Shown piece after piece: positions 25,814 to 38,822 of a DNA stretch of 64,000 nt. The notes beneath the pieces were generated by a model, which saw only the letters and a program-made list of their open reading frames with translations, was not told where the DNA came from and ran no database searches. The DNA is taken from the NCBI GenBank assembly GCA_951406725.2, contig OX597818.1, positions 103,230,001 to 103,294,000 of the forward strand. The letters run 5' to 3'. The stretch comes from Octopus vulgaris. Lineage: Eukaryota. Numbering within the stretch: the first letter of the stretch is position 1; each line of letters starts with the position of its first letter. The position numbers and the translations under genes are program-made.

Positions 25814-26556
25814 CATAAATATACTTGTGTACATATATATATGTATACATATGTGTCTCTGTGTGCATGAGTGTAGAAACAGAGACACGTTCATCGCAAG
25901 GAAGCGGAGGAATAAATAAGCATGTACATATACACACATATAATAAATATATTCCTGTACTACTCACGTACTATTTACAAACTCGAAGTATCTATAAACT
26001 TAGTCGAATTTAAAAAAAAAAAATAGAATAAACGTCTGACCTATAACAGTTTGATAAAAGTGAAGACTTAATGTATTAACGTTATATTCACTACTTAGGT
26101 TATTTATCTCTAAGCACATGAACGGACATGTCCTAAGACATAGATGACGAATGAATTGAATATTCCATAGGGCCACCTTGAGCATTTTCAATATTGCACA
26201 AATTTCACCTCAAAATTAAATCTGTTGGCTAAAAATAAACTGAAACACACATATCCAAGCCAAGCATACAATTGATCGGATATCTCAACCTCATTGTATG
26301 GTATAGAGGATTAGTTACTTTACAAAATAGAAATATTAAAATTTCTAATTATCTCTAAAGGAGACCACGGTTAGCGGTACTGGATATTAATTGTTTTTGC
26401 CAAGCTAATATGGCAGTCCAGAAATATAGGACGAATACTGCCGTTGATTAGCTCCAAGAGGCCATCGACTCTAGCCAGCTATGTGACACTCGAACCTGTG
26501 TCCTGTATAACTTTCGAACAGGGGAGGTCAGCTGCTTCCCCTTGTTCGTCAGGCAT

Positions 26557-26597
26557 CTGCAGACTAGTTTCAAGGCATTTGCCCCTTATCAATGCAG
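26557..26597 (-). ncRNA. Minimal type I hammerhead ribozyme, U3-A8 covariant
   Basis: Minus strand: CTGCA-TTGATAA-GGGG(CAAATG)CCTT-GAAA-CTAG-TC^-TGCAG; perfect 5-bp helix I; palindromic helix III ACTAGT. Confidence 0.8.
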
Positions 26598-26670
26598 AGC
26601 AGCCGAACCCCCAGCATAAATAATCCTTCGAACAGACGGTTAGTAGCGACGCCTGCTGGGTTCGGCTGCT

Positions 26671-26711
26671 CTACATAGATAAGGGGCAAATACCCTGAAA
26701 CTAGTCTGCAG
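26671..26711 (+). ncRNA. Mutated hammerhead copy in the opposite arm
   Basis: CTACA-TAGATAA-GGGG(CAAATA)CCCT-GAAA-CTAG-TC-TGCAG; U4A change and one helix I mismatch. Confidence 0.6.
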
Positions 26712-27680
26712 ATGCCTGACCAGCAATGGGAAACGGCTGACCGCCCCTGTTCGAAGGTTATAATGGATACAGGTTCGTGTGTCACATAGCTAGCTACAGA
26801 TGTTTTAATGCGGAAGTTTCATCAGTATGTCTTGTGTTGATGTTTGGTTACATAGTCAGCAACAAGGGATGCTCTATATTTATTCCAGACAGAGTATTTT
26901 TTTTTACTCCGGCTGGAATTGTGTATTGTTTTTGCGACAACGTCGTGTCGCATAGTGAGGTATTAACTTGACATTTTCCTTTCAGCTGCTAATCACACGT
27001 GTGATGTTTCCCACAGAATTATGACATAATCTAAATTTTCGGTTACATCTTGAAACTGCATGGGTATCTCTGGCTCTTTTGTTTATCTGGTAGTTAATAG
27101 CTGTTACCTGTTCTTGGATTGCAAGAAATGTGATGTGATGTAACGGTCACGAGCCAAGAGACTCTCCGCTTGATGTTACTATGGCTTACTCCTTCCAATC
27201 TTCGGGAAACATACCCATGCATAGTCTCTTTATGGTATGCTGAGCGTTTGACATCTTTGAGGTATGTTACTCTGACTGCTTTGAGTTGATAAGGAGGTAA
27301 TCAAGAAGAAAGTGCATCCTCTTGATCTCACTGTCGACAGAGGATTATTCCCTTCACTCTTCAGCACGAAGATAATGTATACATTTTTGCTACTATCGTC
27401 TAGCAAGTGCTGTCTGAGATCTACTGTATGATCTTCGAAAACTGTCCGTTCTAATCTCAGCCCTCTATCTCTTTCATCTCTTGTTATGTAGAGCCTAATG
27501 TATCTATGCATATATTTATTGACGGATGTATTTATGTTTATATGATTGTATGTATGTGTACATGTATGTATGCATGTATGTATGCATGTATGTATATTAC
27601 TTGCTCTCAGTGACACCTTTCCACACTTCACCGCTATTTTTTGCGATGAATACGATACACACACAGATACACACACACAG

Positions 27681-27713
<33 letters not shown>

Positions 27714-27747
27714 TTCCCTTCCTTGCACCTTTGCTTTTTCTATGTTT

Positions 27748-27775
27748 CTGACAAAGAGCTCCGCTCGAAACGTTA
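27748..27775 (+). ncRNA. Degenerate hammerhead-like motif in a short PLE-end-like repeat between (TA)n tracts
   Basis: CTGACAA-A-GAGC(TCC)GCTC-GAAA-CGT-TA; related motif on the minus strand at 34545-34580. Confidence 0.45.
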
Positions 27776-28649
27776 AATGATTCCTTCCTGAGCGTCCAAT
27801 AACACTATTCCACGTCCTAGCGTTGTTGATTTTTCTCTTTGTGTTTTCATATTTGGATTAACTATATATATATATATCCGACTTCACGTGTATGCCAACG
27901 TCGCACAGAAATCGCTACTTCTGTTATATGCACTGGGTAGAATATTGTAAAAAACGAATACATTCTAAAGGTATAAATATTTTCTTTCGCCATCATAACT
28001 TTGGTTTGTCTTTCCAGACATAGAATTTCATTACTTCGATGTTAAATTTTATATTCTAGGCATATTTTCATGAAAAAATATTGCTCATCGGGACATATTT
28101 TTTCGAGGGGAAAATGTGTAAAATTTCCTCTACGGAATCTCTTCCTTCATGGAAAGAAATTGAATTCTAAAATCTATTAGATTACAGAAATTTTGAAAAT
28201 CTAATAAATTCGTTACACAAATTATTTGAAATGTGTGTAAAAATTAAACAAGAATAATGATTATCCAATATGCGTAGTAAAATAATAGCGGTGTTGTTGT
28301 AGTTGATTGTTAGATTTAATTACTAAATTTAACTTCGTCTCGCTACATTTTAATTTTACATTCAGCTGTTATGACGCCATTGTTCATAACCTGGAGGCCT
28401 TTTTTTTAAAAATACTATTCATATAATGATACCGAGTTCATCTACTATACTACTTCAACGCGTAACAGCAGATTCCTAACAGAGAATGAAATTCATATTT
28501 CTATTAAATACATTTATATTTTCAATTTCTTAAATATTTCCATTGGCCATGGAGAAAGATATAGAGCAGTAGTAGATTGATAGCCACTGGCGGAGAATAT
28601 TTTATTCTCAGTCTGATAGAGAGTTCACGATGTTTACCTAACTTGATAA

Positions 28650-29015
28650 TATTGGTTTCAAATTTTGGCAAATGTACGAGTTAAGTTGATAACATCGACC
28701 CCAATTACTCTCAACTGGTGTATATTATTGGCCCCGAAAGGATGAAAGTGGAATTTGACCTCAGAATGTAAAGACGAGATACCTAATTCTTTACTACCCA
28801 CAAGGGGCTAAATACAGAGGGGACAAACAAGGGCAGACAAATGAATTAAGTCGATTATATCGACCCCAGTGCGTACTGGTACTTAATTTATCGACCCCGA
28901 AAGGATAAAAGGCAAAGTCGACCTCGGCGGAATTTGAACTCAGAACGTGACGGCAGACGAAATACGGCTACGCATTTCGCCCGGCGTGCTAACGTTTCTG
29001 CCAGCTCGCCGCCTT
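28650..29015 (-). mobile_element. SINE family B
   Basis: Reverse complement of the family B head and body. Confidence 0.88.
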
Positions 29016-30024
29016 ACTTAACTTAGCCAGATAATATTAGGAGGCAAATCTCCCTAACATCACTATTCACTACTGTCTTATAAAGAGCAGAATATATATT
29101 GGATAACGAAGACAGATACATTATACTTGAAAAATAACACATAATAGACTTTGATGAATGCTTTTGATCATAGCTCTTCACAATAACAACAACCTCAACA
29201 CTTAAACCTGGCGCTTATCACCGGGAACTACAGGGCTAAGCTGATAGGAGATGATGTGTTTGTTGAATGAGATACCAATCTATTATAAGTAATATTTTCA
29301 GAAAATATGTTCCTTCTTTCATTCTCTATATAAACAGGAAAATATAGAGTAAATTGGCTCTCTCTAGAGAAACAGGAAAACGCCAGAAAAGAATATTATC
29401 TGACAATCACATCAGCTGGTTGTCCAATATTTAATTAATTCGGTTATTTTCCCTAGGTTTTATTAAAGTTACTTTTCTTGATGTGTATATTGATTTTCCA
29501 TCATAGACTTTCATATGATAAATAAAATTCGTGCGTTTGTTTTTGGAAATTTCTCAACCTTTTCTATTAATAATATTTTCAGAAGTAGTCTAGACCTTCT
29601 TTTCAGAAATATTATAGCACCGGATTAAAGCATTAAATTACTGAGATTCATAGCCCAAAGCTGTTCTGAGATAAAAATCTACGGAATTTATAACTTTAGA
29701 GCTAGCCAACTCATTGAATCTGTGTACCATTTTAAGAAGCTAAACAATTTCGCTTGTAGAAATAATATAGAACCGTGTTTCAATATTAAATCCGTCAGTT
29801 AGTCGATTACGTTTATAATATAAGGCTACTATCTCTAGTGTATACAACAATAAGGAGTATTATTTAAGGAGTGAGCTATTTCAACTGATTATAATACCTA
29901 GCATGACATCATTATTTGATAACATGAATTATTTTAAGATTTGCAGTTATTACGTATATATTACGTGTGCAAATATACTACAGAGATATTTTATGTCCAT
30001 ATAAGGATTCGCCTTTTACTTGTA

Positions 30025-30297
30025 CTAGCAGTTTCGCCCGGCGTTGCTCAGGTTTGTTTCGACCCTTTAGAATTGAAATTTTTGAAAAGTAAAGATGTTG
30101 CATTATGTAGCTTATTATTCTCTTTAAGTGAATATTTTTCTGGTTGAAATACACCGAAAAATGGCGACACAGCAGTCAAAAAATCGTAAAAAATAGTGAT
30201 TTTCATAGAATTAAAGCACCTTTTTGATGTAAATAATGTAAACATACATACATACATACATACATACATACATACACATATATATATATATATATAT

Positions 30298-30302
<5 letters not shown>
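30025..30302 (-). mobile_element. Short non-autonomous Helitron
   Basis: Same hairpin + CTAG 3' end as 14976; the other end reads TC-(TA)n-(TATG)n on the minus strand. Confidence 0.65.
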
Positions 30303-30360
<58 letters not shown>

Positions 30361-30609
30361 TACACAAAGGGTTTCTCTGAGAAGCAATCTTATTTCTTTA
30401 TTGCCCACAAGCGGTTAAACACAGAGGGAACAAACAAGGACAAAATTCTCACTGGGCCCCACTTGCAACTTCATGCGCTGTTTATCTTGATATGAGAGCA
30501 CCATGTCGTGCACACATCGTTATCGTGCATGTGCCTGGTGTACACTTATCAGACAGGTAGTGATGTTGAGTATACTGGGCTTGGTATATAAACAATACAA
30601 AATCAGCAC

Positions 30610-31165
30610 TCCTGCTTACTGGTATGAATATAATTATGAAACCAGTCATTAGAGGTAAAAATGTCACTATCCTCTGGGATTTTCCAGTCAACACCGACAG
30701 AACGATCCAGGTTAACAAACCAGACGTAATCATTAAAGATGCGGAAGAAAATACTTGTAGACTAATAGACGTCAGCGTTTCCACTGATAAAAATATATAT
30801 ATGTAAAGGAATTTAACAAATTTATGTTTATATATTTGTTTTGCAAGATTTTTAATGAGAAATCGTGTGTTGAAACATATATTGTTGTATTTAGGATGGG
30901 TCATTTTGCCAGTTTAGCCAATAAAAACACACGCACTATATATTTGGTGTAACTTTGCTTCAGCGTTATTTATTTTTTACATTAATGATAGATTTGCTTG
31001 TCAGTTGCTTGATCTTAACCAGTTGAGCATATCCCCTAGTGGGGGAGCATCATAGCCATGTGTTGAGAGGAAGATTAATATAATTTAACAAATCAAGAAA
31101 ATATAAAGGAAATTGAAACTGAAATACAGAAGATATGGCATTTTAAAGCGAGAGCTGTTTCTCTT
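30610..31165 (+). mobile_element. R4/Dong-type restriction-like endonuclease fragment split by insertions
   Basis: KPVIRGKNVTILWDFPVNTDRTIQVNKPDVIIKDAEENTCRLIDVSVSTDKNI (30639-30800) resumes as KY/KEIETEIQKIWHFKARAV near 31100; followed by (TAA)n at 31237. Confidence 0.8.
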
Positions 31166-31235
31166 AGCCTTCACTCTTAGCCTTCACTGGGTGTGTCTCA
31201 GCAAGTGATTGTAACAAACATGCAGATTAACAGTA

Positions 31236-31313
<78 letters not shown>

Positions 31314-31340
31314 AACAACAACAACAACAACAACAATAAT

Positions 31341-31394
<54 letters not shown>

Positions 31395-31396
<2 letters not shown>

Positions 31397-31955
31397 AATG
31401 CCCTGATGCAGTAACAGACAGTGGCTCGCATGGCTTCTGACCTTAACCGTTTGGAAGTGTTATCATGTATATTGTTTTGTCTTGGTATAAAAGATGGCCT
31501 ACAGCAGATATTCTGCTCAATACCACAGATTTGCTTGTCAGTTGTTTGACATTAACCAGTTGAGCATGTCCCTTAGTGGCTGACGATAAGTGCATCTCTG
31601 ACCACGAGCAGAAGTAGTGGGAGAGCATCATAGCCGTGTGTTGAAAGGAATTCTTGGCTGTCTGGATAATTCACCTTTGGAAACATGGATGGTTCGTTCA
31701 ACATCCTTAAACAATCCTTATTCGGGGAACTTTTGAGCGGGATGGGCTACTCGACCAAAAGAAATTTCTAACTGGGTCACACCCGCAAGGTCATGCGCTG
31801 TTTATCTTGATATGAGATCACCTTGTAGCGCACATTTGATTGTGATGCAAGTGTCTGGTGTACCCTTATCAGACGGGTAGTCATGATGGGTATACTGGGC
31901 TTCGTATAATTTACCCCAGTGTCACTTTGATGACATGCACTGCTCTCTCACTCAA
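31395..31955. mobile_element. Non-coding interspersed repeat embedded in (TAA)n
   Basis: Flanked on both sides by (AAT)n; partial homologues at 30445-30585 and 30988-31072. Confidence 0.65.
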
Positions 31956-31992
31956 TAACAATAACAATAACAACAACAACAACAATGACGAT

Positions 31993-32041
<49 letters not shown>

Positions 32042-33210
32042 TATTTTTTACCGTAACCTAAAATTTAAAAAAAAGTGGGCACAACTATTGAGGTATTCCG
32101 ACAAGTCAACGGCACTCATATTTGCAGATTACTTGATGCAGTTTCTACTCGGATTCTTAGATCTCTTCCGTTTAAATTGTTCATATGTGTTGTGATATGA
32201 CTTATCAGTCAATTATTCATATTAATTAACAACGAGTTCATTCAAATATATGACTTCAAGTATTGAAAAAAACCCAATAGCTTGTTTAAGGATTTCTTTT
32301 TCTGTTCTTCCTATCCAATCCTTTGTTATATAAATTCTTTTGGCAGTGAAGACTTTTGATAATTGTTCAATATATAGAAGTAGTAGCTGCTAATAAAGCT
32401 ATGTTTCGTCCCATTCATTTCGCATATAATAGATGATAAATCCTTTTGTTCAAATGGAAAAAAAATCGGTATTCTCTTTTAAATAGAATTAACCACAATC
32501 AAATCATATGTCGTGTTCCTTGTTTTCTTAAATATTTTATTTAGTTTTATTTCCTTTTCTTCCGCTCACTCTCATTCTAATTTTATTTTAACTCTTACAC
32601 TCGCTACTCTACGCTGTGTCTATACAATTTTAATATTTCACCGCAGCATAACAACTGTTGTGTGTTTGCCTAATAAATTACACCTGACAATTGTTGATAA
32701 CCACATTTATGAAGTTAGCAGTTTCAATATAGAATGTGTATTGATGCTTTCAAAGTAGAAAATCTAATTATATTTCTTGTGATTGTTATCAAATGCTTTT
32801 AGCTGAATACCCGTCAATCCAATGCTTTCAAATCGATTACATGATTGATTGCTTTTTATAAACTCATATGAATGATTTTATGTGTAAATTCTTTTCTAAA
32901 ATTGATAAACTTTGAATTATCTCAATGAGAATTTTCCACGGTTCCTCCACCCTAACTTTAGCACGAGTTCTACCGTGAATTACAATAACACCAGGCATAA
33001 AAATAAACATTTTAAAATTCAATTCATATCTGGTGTGGTCATAATATTTACAAATGCCAATGAACTTTACAATGATTGCATTTCGATTCATATTTTAAAT
33101 GGAAATATAAATAGGTTACCTGATAGAAGACATATACATGCATACGTACACACATACAGACAAATAAAATATATATATATATATGTGTCTATATACCTAT
33201 ATGCAATATG

Positions 33211-33262
<52 letters not shown>

Positions 33263-33388
33263 AATTTTAATTTTAAATTTTATATTTTTTTATATATTTT
33301 GTATATTATATTATTATTTTTATTTTTATGTTTTGGTTTATGTTTTTCACTGTTTCATTTGCCTAATAGTGGTTTTATCTATAATTTA

Positions 33389-33425
<37 letters not shown>

Positions 33426-33757
33426 TATGTGTGTTTGTAGAGAGAGAGAGAGAGAGGCAAAGATAGATAGATTGATGGGTGGATGGATAGATAGACAGAC
33501 ATACATATAAAAATATATGAGAGCATATTTATAAATAAGCTACATACATACAAATATACGTTTGTGTGTTTTTGTCTGTTTGCCCCCCCCCCCCCCACCA
33601 TCTCTCGACAAATGATTTGGATGTGACCGGTAGATTAAGTAACAGGCTACCAAAGAATACATCCTGGGGGTGTCGATTACTTCGACTAATGGTGGTGCTC
33701 CAACATAGCCGCAGTCAAATAACTGAAGCAAGTAAAAGAATAAAAGAATGAAAGAAT

Positions 33758-33810
<53 letters not shown>

Positions 33811-33916
33811 GTGTGTTTACAGGGATATATTGTCCAAGTGGATATCGTAGCAGCTCTTATTTAAAAGGAAATAAATTTCGAGGATATCTCGGTCTACCGT
33901 TATACCTATATATATA

Positions 33917-34128
33917 CTCTTTTAATTGTTTCAGTCATTTGACTGCGGCCATGCTGGAGCACCGCCTTTAATCGAGCAACTCGACCTCGGGACTTATTCT
34001 TTTGTAAGCCCAGTACTTATTCTATCGGTCTCTTTTTGCCGAACCGCTAAGCAACGGGGACATAAACACACCAGCATCGGTTGTCAAGGAATGCTAGGGG
34101 GAAAAACACAGACACACAAACACTCACA

Positions 34129-34174
<46 letters not shown>

Positions 34175-34340
34175 TATACATATATACGACGGGCTTCTGT
34201 TCAGTTTCCGTCTACCAAAACCACTCACAAGGCTTTGGTCGGCCCGAGGCTATAGTAGAAGACACTTGCCCAAGGTGCTACGCAGAACCCAGAACCATGT
34301 GGTTGGTAAACAAGCTACTTACCACACAGCCACTCCTGCG

Positions 34341-34341
<1 letters not shown>
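33917..34341 (-). mobile_element. SINE family A (a + strand 3' half lies at 33560-33757)
   Basis: Reverse complement of the 19501 copy. Confidence 0.88.
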
Positions 34342-34409
<68 letters not shown>

Positions 34410-34422
34410 ACCATATGCATGT

Positions 34423-34458
<36 letters not shown>

Positions 34459-34680
34459 AGAGTTTACGAAAAAAACAAAAGATGAAGACAAGTGGTGTAC
34501 AAAACAAACAGATGTATTAGTATAACGCTCAGGAATAGAAAAAGTCTTTTACGTTTCGAGTCTACGCTCTTCTACAGAAAGGGACACAGAAAAAGAACAA
34601 GGAGAGAAAAAAGTAGGGAAAAATCAAGGAAAAATCAAAAGAAAAAAATAACTACACATATATATATAACTATATGTATG

Positions 34681-34725
<45 letters not shown>

Positions 34726-34838
34726 ATATATATATATATTTATATATATGTATATATATTTATATATATGTATATATATTTATATATATGTATATATATT
34801 TATATATATATATATTTATTTATTTATATATATTTTTA

Positions 34839-34887
<49 letters not shown>

Positions 34888-35485
34888 TTATTATATATAT
34901 ATATATATATATATATAATTTCAACAATTGAGGGTAAAATTAATTAGTTATTAATCAATTTCACCAAGTATTCAGTATGTAAAGGGACCATTTAAAGCGA
35001 ATTCAAAATATTACATTGTATAAAAGGGCTTAGTAAAATAAATTACCCCTTTTATACAATATATATATAAAAGTACGTACATGATAAAACAGAACATTCT
35101 TTAATATAGATATGCCAGACGTTTTGGAGTGGTAGGCCAAATATATGAATTATAACAATTACTTAGCGCTTAGCAACGCATGGTTCTAGCATACCTGGCT
35201 TCATCAAACTTGCGCTAGGGCTTCTGCGAAGGGAGAAATTGGTCTACTACTTAAGGGTTTCGGCATTATCATTTTTTTTACACTACTAATATAAAAGAGG
35301 TAGTCATGCCGAAATCCTTGTGATCCACGCTTAATATCACACGAAGAGAGCGTTTCACAGATGTAGCTGCGTATAAAATATAAACGGCAGCATATTACAT
35401 ATATATATATATATACCTAAACGCACACACACTTACAAGCACACACACATATATATGTGTATGTATATATATATATATATGTATG

Positions 35486-35516
<31 letters not shown>

Positions 35517-35534
35517 AGGTAGACCTCGCAACTC

Positions 35535-35670
35535 ATTTCTACACCTGAGTGAACTGGAGCAACATGAAATGAAGTGTCTTGCTCAAGAACACAACATGCA
35601 GCACTGTCCGGGATTCGAGCTCACAACCTCACGATCGTAAGCTCGACGCTCTAACCACCTAGCCATGCGT
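35535..35670 (-). mobile_element. SINE family D 5' part
   Basis: tRNA-like head on the minus strand plus gtgttcttgagcaagacac. Confidence 0.7.
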
Positions 35671-38406
35671 ATTATATAATAAGCAGATAGAAATTTCGAA
35701 ATATAATTCATTTAACGGTCGATTTCAGAGAAGATAAAACAATAAATCAATAAATAATAATGTTCATTGTTTTAAAAGCCCTCTTGGAAAGAAAATTTCG
35801 AAGGCTTCCTTCGACATTTTAACCTAATATTCGGTTTCTTAACCTGATATTCTACGCACAACTATTTATATCTAGCTACTTCGAGGTTCATCGTTATATA
35901 AGTTATACAAAAATATTTGTGTATATCTCCGTGTGTGGATGTATGTATATACGTGTGTATGCATGCGTGGTCTATGTGTGTGTATGTCCGTGTGCTGAAA
36001 GAGCGAAAGAAATGGAAGTGAGTTTTAGAAAGAGAGAACGAGAATATAGTTTTTTTTTATTTTTTGTAATGTCATGGGAGGCCAGTATTTAAATTACGAA
36101 ATGCTCGATACTCAGTGCAAACAATAGTATTTTATATGATATAAACTGGCAGTTACTGATAACCTTTCGCTGCAATAGCTCCTCTGATTATATAATCAAA
36201 TATAAAATTGTTTCTCGTACAGTGCTCAAAAGACCTGTGATGAAATTCCTGCCTTACAACATGGAGGAAACGAGAATTTAGAATGATACGCTTTATTTTC
36301 TTTGCTCTGTTTTCATAACTGACAATGGCTGTTCTGGTGTTGGGTCAAATTTGGTTTGCAGATTTCATTGTGATTGACAATGTGTGAGTATTTTGCCTCA
36401 GTATTATTATTTGTTTAAAATGATTGTATACGCATGTGTTTATGTGTATGTGAGCTTGTGTGTTTATTTGTGTATGCGTGTGTGTGTATGTATGTGTGAA
36501 CATGTGGTGGGATTGTCACGCTAGAAAGAATAAGTAAGATACACATTTTTTTTTTACAATGCTAATGTTTATTCTCCATTGAAGAATCCTGTTTTTCCTC
36601 ATCTCAGATCGATCTAACAGGTTCCAGGATTTGCTGGAATCGTTGCAATCGACTCTATCCTTTTCTTTCTGACAAAAGTCAAACTTGTCTGTACATAGGT
36701 GTGATCTAACAGTGGAGAGGGTTATGAATTAGTATATTACTACTCTTCAACCTATAACAGTCTACGGCACAAAATGACATGAACATCCTTATCACCAGAA
36801 ACAACAGTAATATCTTTTCAAAAATAGGGCAACAAACAAGAGTAATATAAGGGAATTTTACTATTTATGGGAAAAATTTACATGAAAACATGAGAAGAAC
36901 TGGAGTGGAGCGGGAGATGAAATAAGTATATACACAGTATCAAAAATACGTGAAAATATGAAGAGTTTCCTATCAATGAAAGGATCCCAAATATCCAGGA
37001 ACATCTTGGCCACTAAGTGCACAAGATCTGCCAAGCTAATGTTCTATATTGTTCAAGTGCTCGTAACATTTAATCCACTGGTAAAGCGAATATATTTTTT
37101 ATAGTTTTAGTTGGATTTAGTAAACTCATGGCAAGTCTTAATTTTTGGAACAAACGGCATTTTTAGCACCGTAAAATTGGTTTCTAAACATCACTCTTAT
37201 TTACAACGAATTATATCCTGTCCTACAGAAGCTAGTTTTAGGGGGGTTAATTAGTATGCGAGGTTTATACTTCTTGGTCAGGTACCGTTGTATGGACGCC
37301 CCCAGACGATGAAGTAGGCTAGCCCATTATGTAGATATAGAAGAAGTCTAGACGTCGGAAGTTGAGTAGAGGTCATCGGAACGTGCGATATAACAGTGGC
37401 GACGAGGATTTTGTAGCTCACACAGCCACTGTGTAGTATTGCAATAAAACAGGTACACTCAGTAACGCCGCGAATGGGTTACGTAGTGAAGTTATTTCGT
37501 ACTACTTCAGTTTTACGATCTCTTCATATAACATTTATAATGTATGTTCTTATAATGTATATTTCTTGTCAATAAAACTTGATATTAGCTTATTGATAGT
37601 AACCGGGGTTAAATAAGTATGTTCTGTATTAGAATAACTTGAAAGGAACTTAGAAATATCCATCGAATTAAATTGTCTATTTCTAGGATGTGTTTTTACT
37701 TGAGATGGCAATGATTGATTGGATTATGAACCAATATATTTTGTACTTGCATTTACTATACGCCTATGTCGCGATCGATATAAGAGCATCAGCTGACCGA
37801 ATCAATAAGGTATAACACTCCAACGATCAAAGGGTAGACATTTGTGTTATCATCAACGTCACTGCACTGTGTCCACGGCTAACACATTAAACCTCCAACG
37901 ACCCAACTCTAAAAGATGTAAATAATCAATAAAGTGAAAAACGCTCACCGCTGTAGGCAACAGTTTCACCATAAATTTATTGGGTGTTTGATAATTTTCC
38001 TGACATTGACACAAGAAGAAAGTTGACAAATGTATACGAACTATCAACCTATCCTTCTACTACGAAGCTTTTGCATTCAGTAAATAGGTTTTAACCAGTG
38101 AATAGGTTAAAAGCCAGGTTTAATACCTTTTTCTGAGTAACACTACTTTGCTAGTCAATATTTGCAAATGTTCTGATGGCGAAGCCTTTACATACATTAT
38201 ATGTGATAGATTCTTATAATTATTTAGTTATTTTTATCGTATGTCGACTTCATAGTCCACACAAAACATTCCTTCTCGGTGTATCTCACAAAATTGTAAC
38301 CTTTCTTACTTATATAAAACTACACTTAATACCCTGAGCTGACAATTATTTCGAGTGTTCCCCTTCCGAAAAATTGTTGTGGTGGTGTTACATAAATTCA
38401 TACAAA

Positions 38407-38822
38407 TAGGTGGTGAGCTGGCATACACGTTAGCGCGCCGGGCGAAATGCGTAGCGGTATTTTGTCTGCCGTTACGTTCTGAGTTCAAATTCCGCCCAGG
38501 TCGACTTTGCCTTTCATCCTTTCGGGGTCGATAAATTAAGTACTAGATTCGCACTGGGGTCAATGTAATCAACTTAATCCGTTTGTCTGTCCTTGTTTGT
38601 CCCGTCTATGTTTAGTCCCTTGTGGGTAGTAAAGAAATAGGTTTATCGTCTGTCCTTACGTTATCAGTTCAAATTCCGCCGAGGTCGACTTTGCCTTTCA
38701 TCCTTTCGGGGTCGATAAATAAAGTACCAGTTTCGCTCTGGGGTAAATGTAATCGACTTAATCTGTTTGTCTGTCCTTGTTTGTCCCCTCTATGTTTAGC
38801 TCCTTGTGGGCAATAAAGAAAT
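38407..38822 (+). mobile_element. SINE family B, dimeric body
   Basis: Head followed by two body units. Confidence 0.9.

Larger units (their letters stand above)
26472..26796. mobile_element. 325-bp fold-back element, ~145-bp arms, one hammerhead per arm
   Basis: 26472-26616 is the reverse complement of 26654-26796 with scattered substitutions. Confidence 0.9.

Noticed and set aside
36222-36700. Possible host exons (TCDEIPALQHG on +; DKFDFCQKEKD... on -)
   Set aside because: Short, no convincing donor sites or homology; needs RNA-seq
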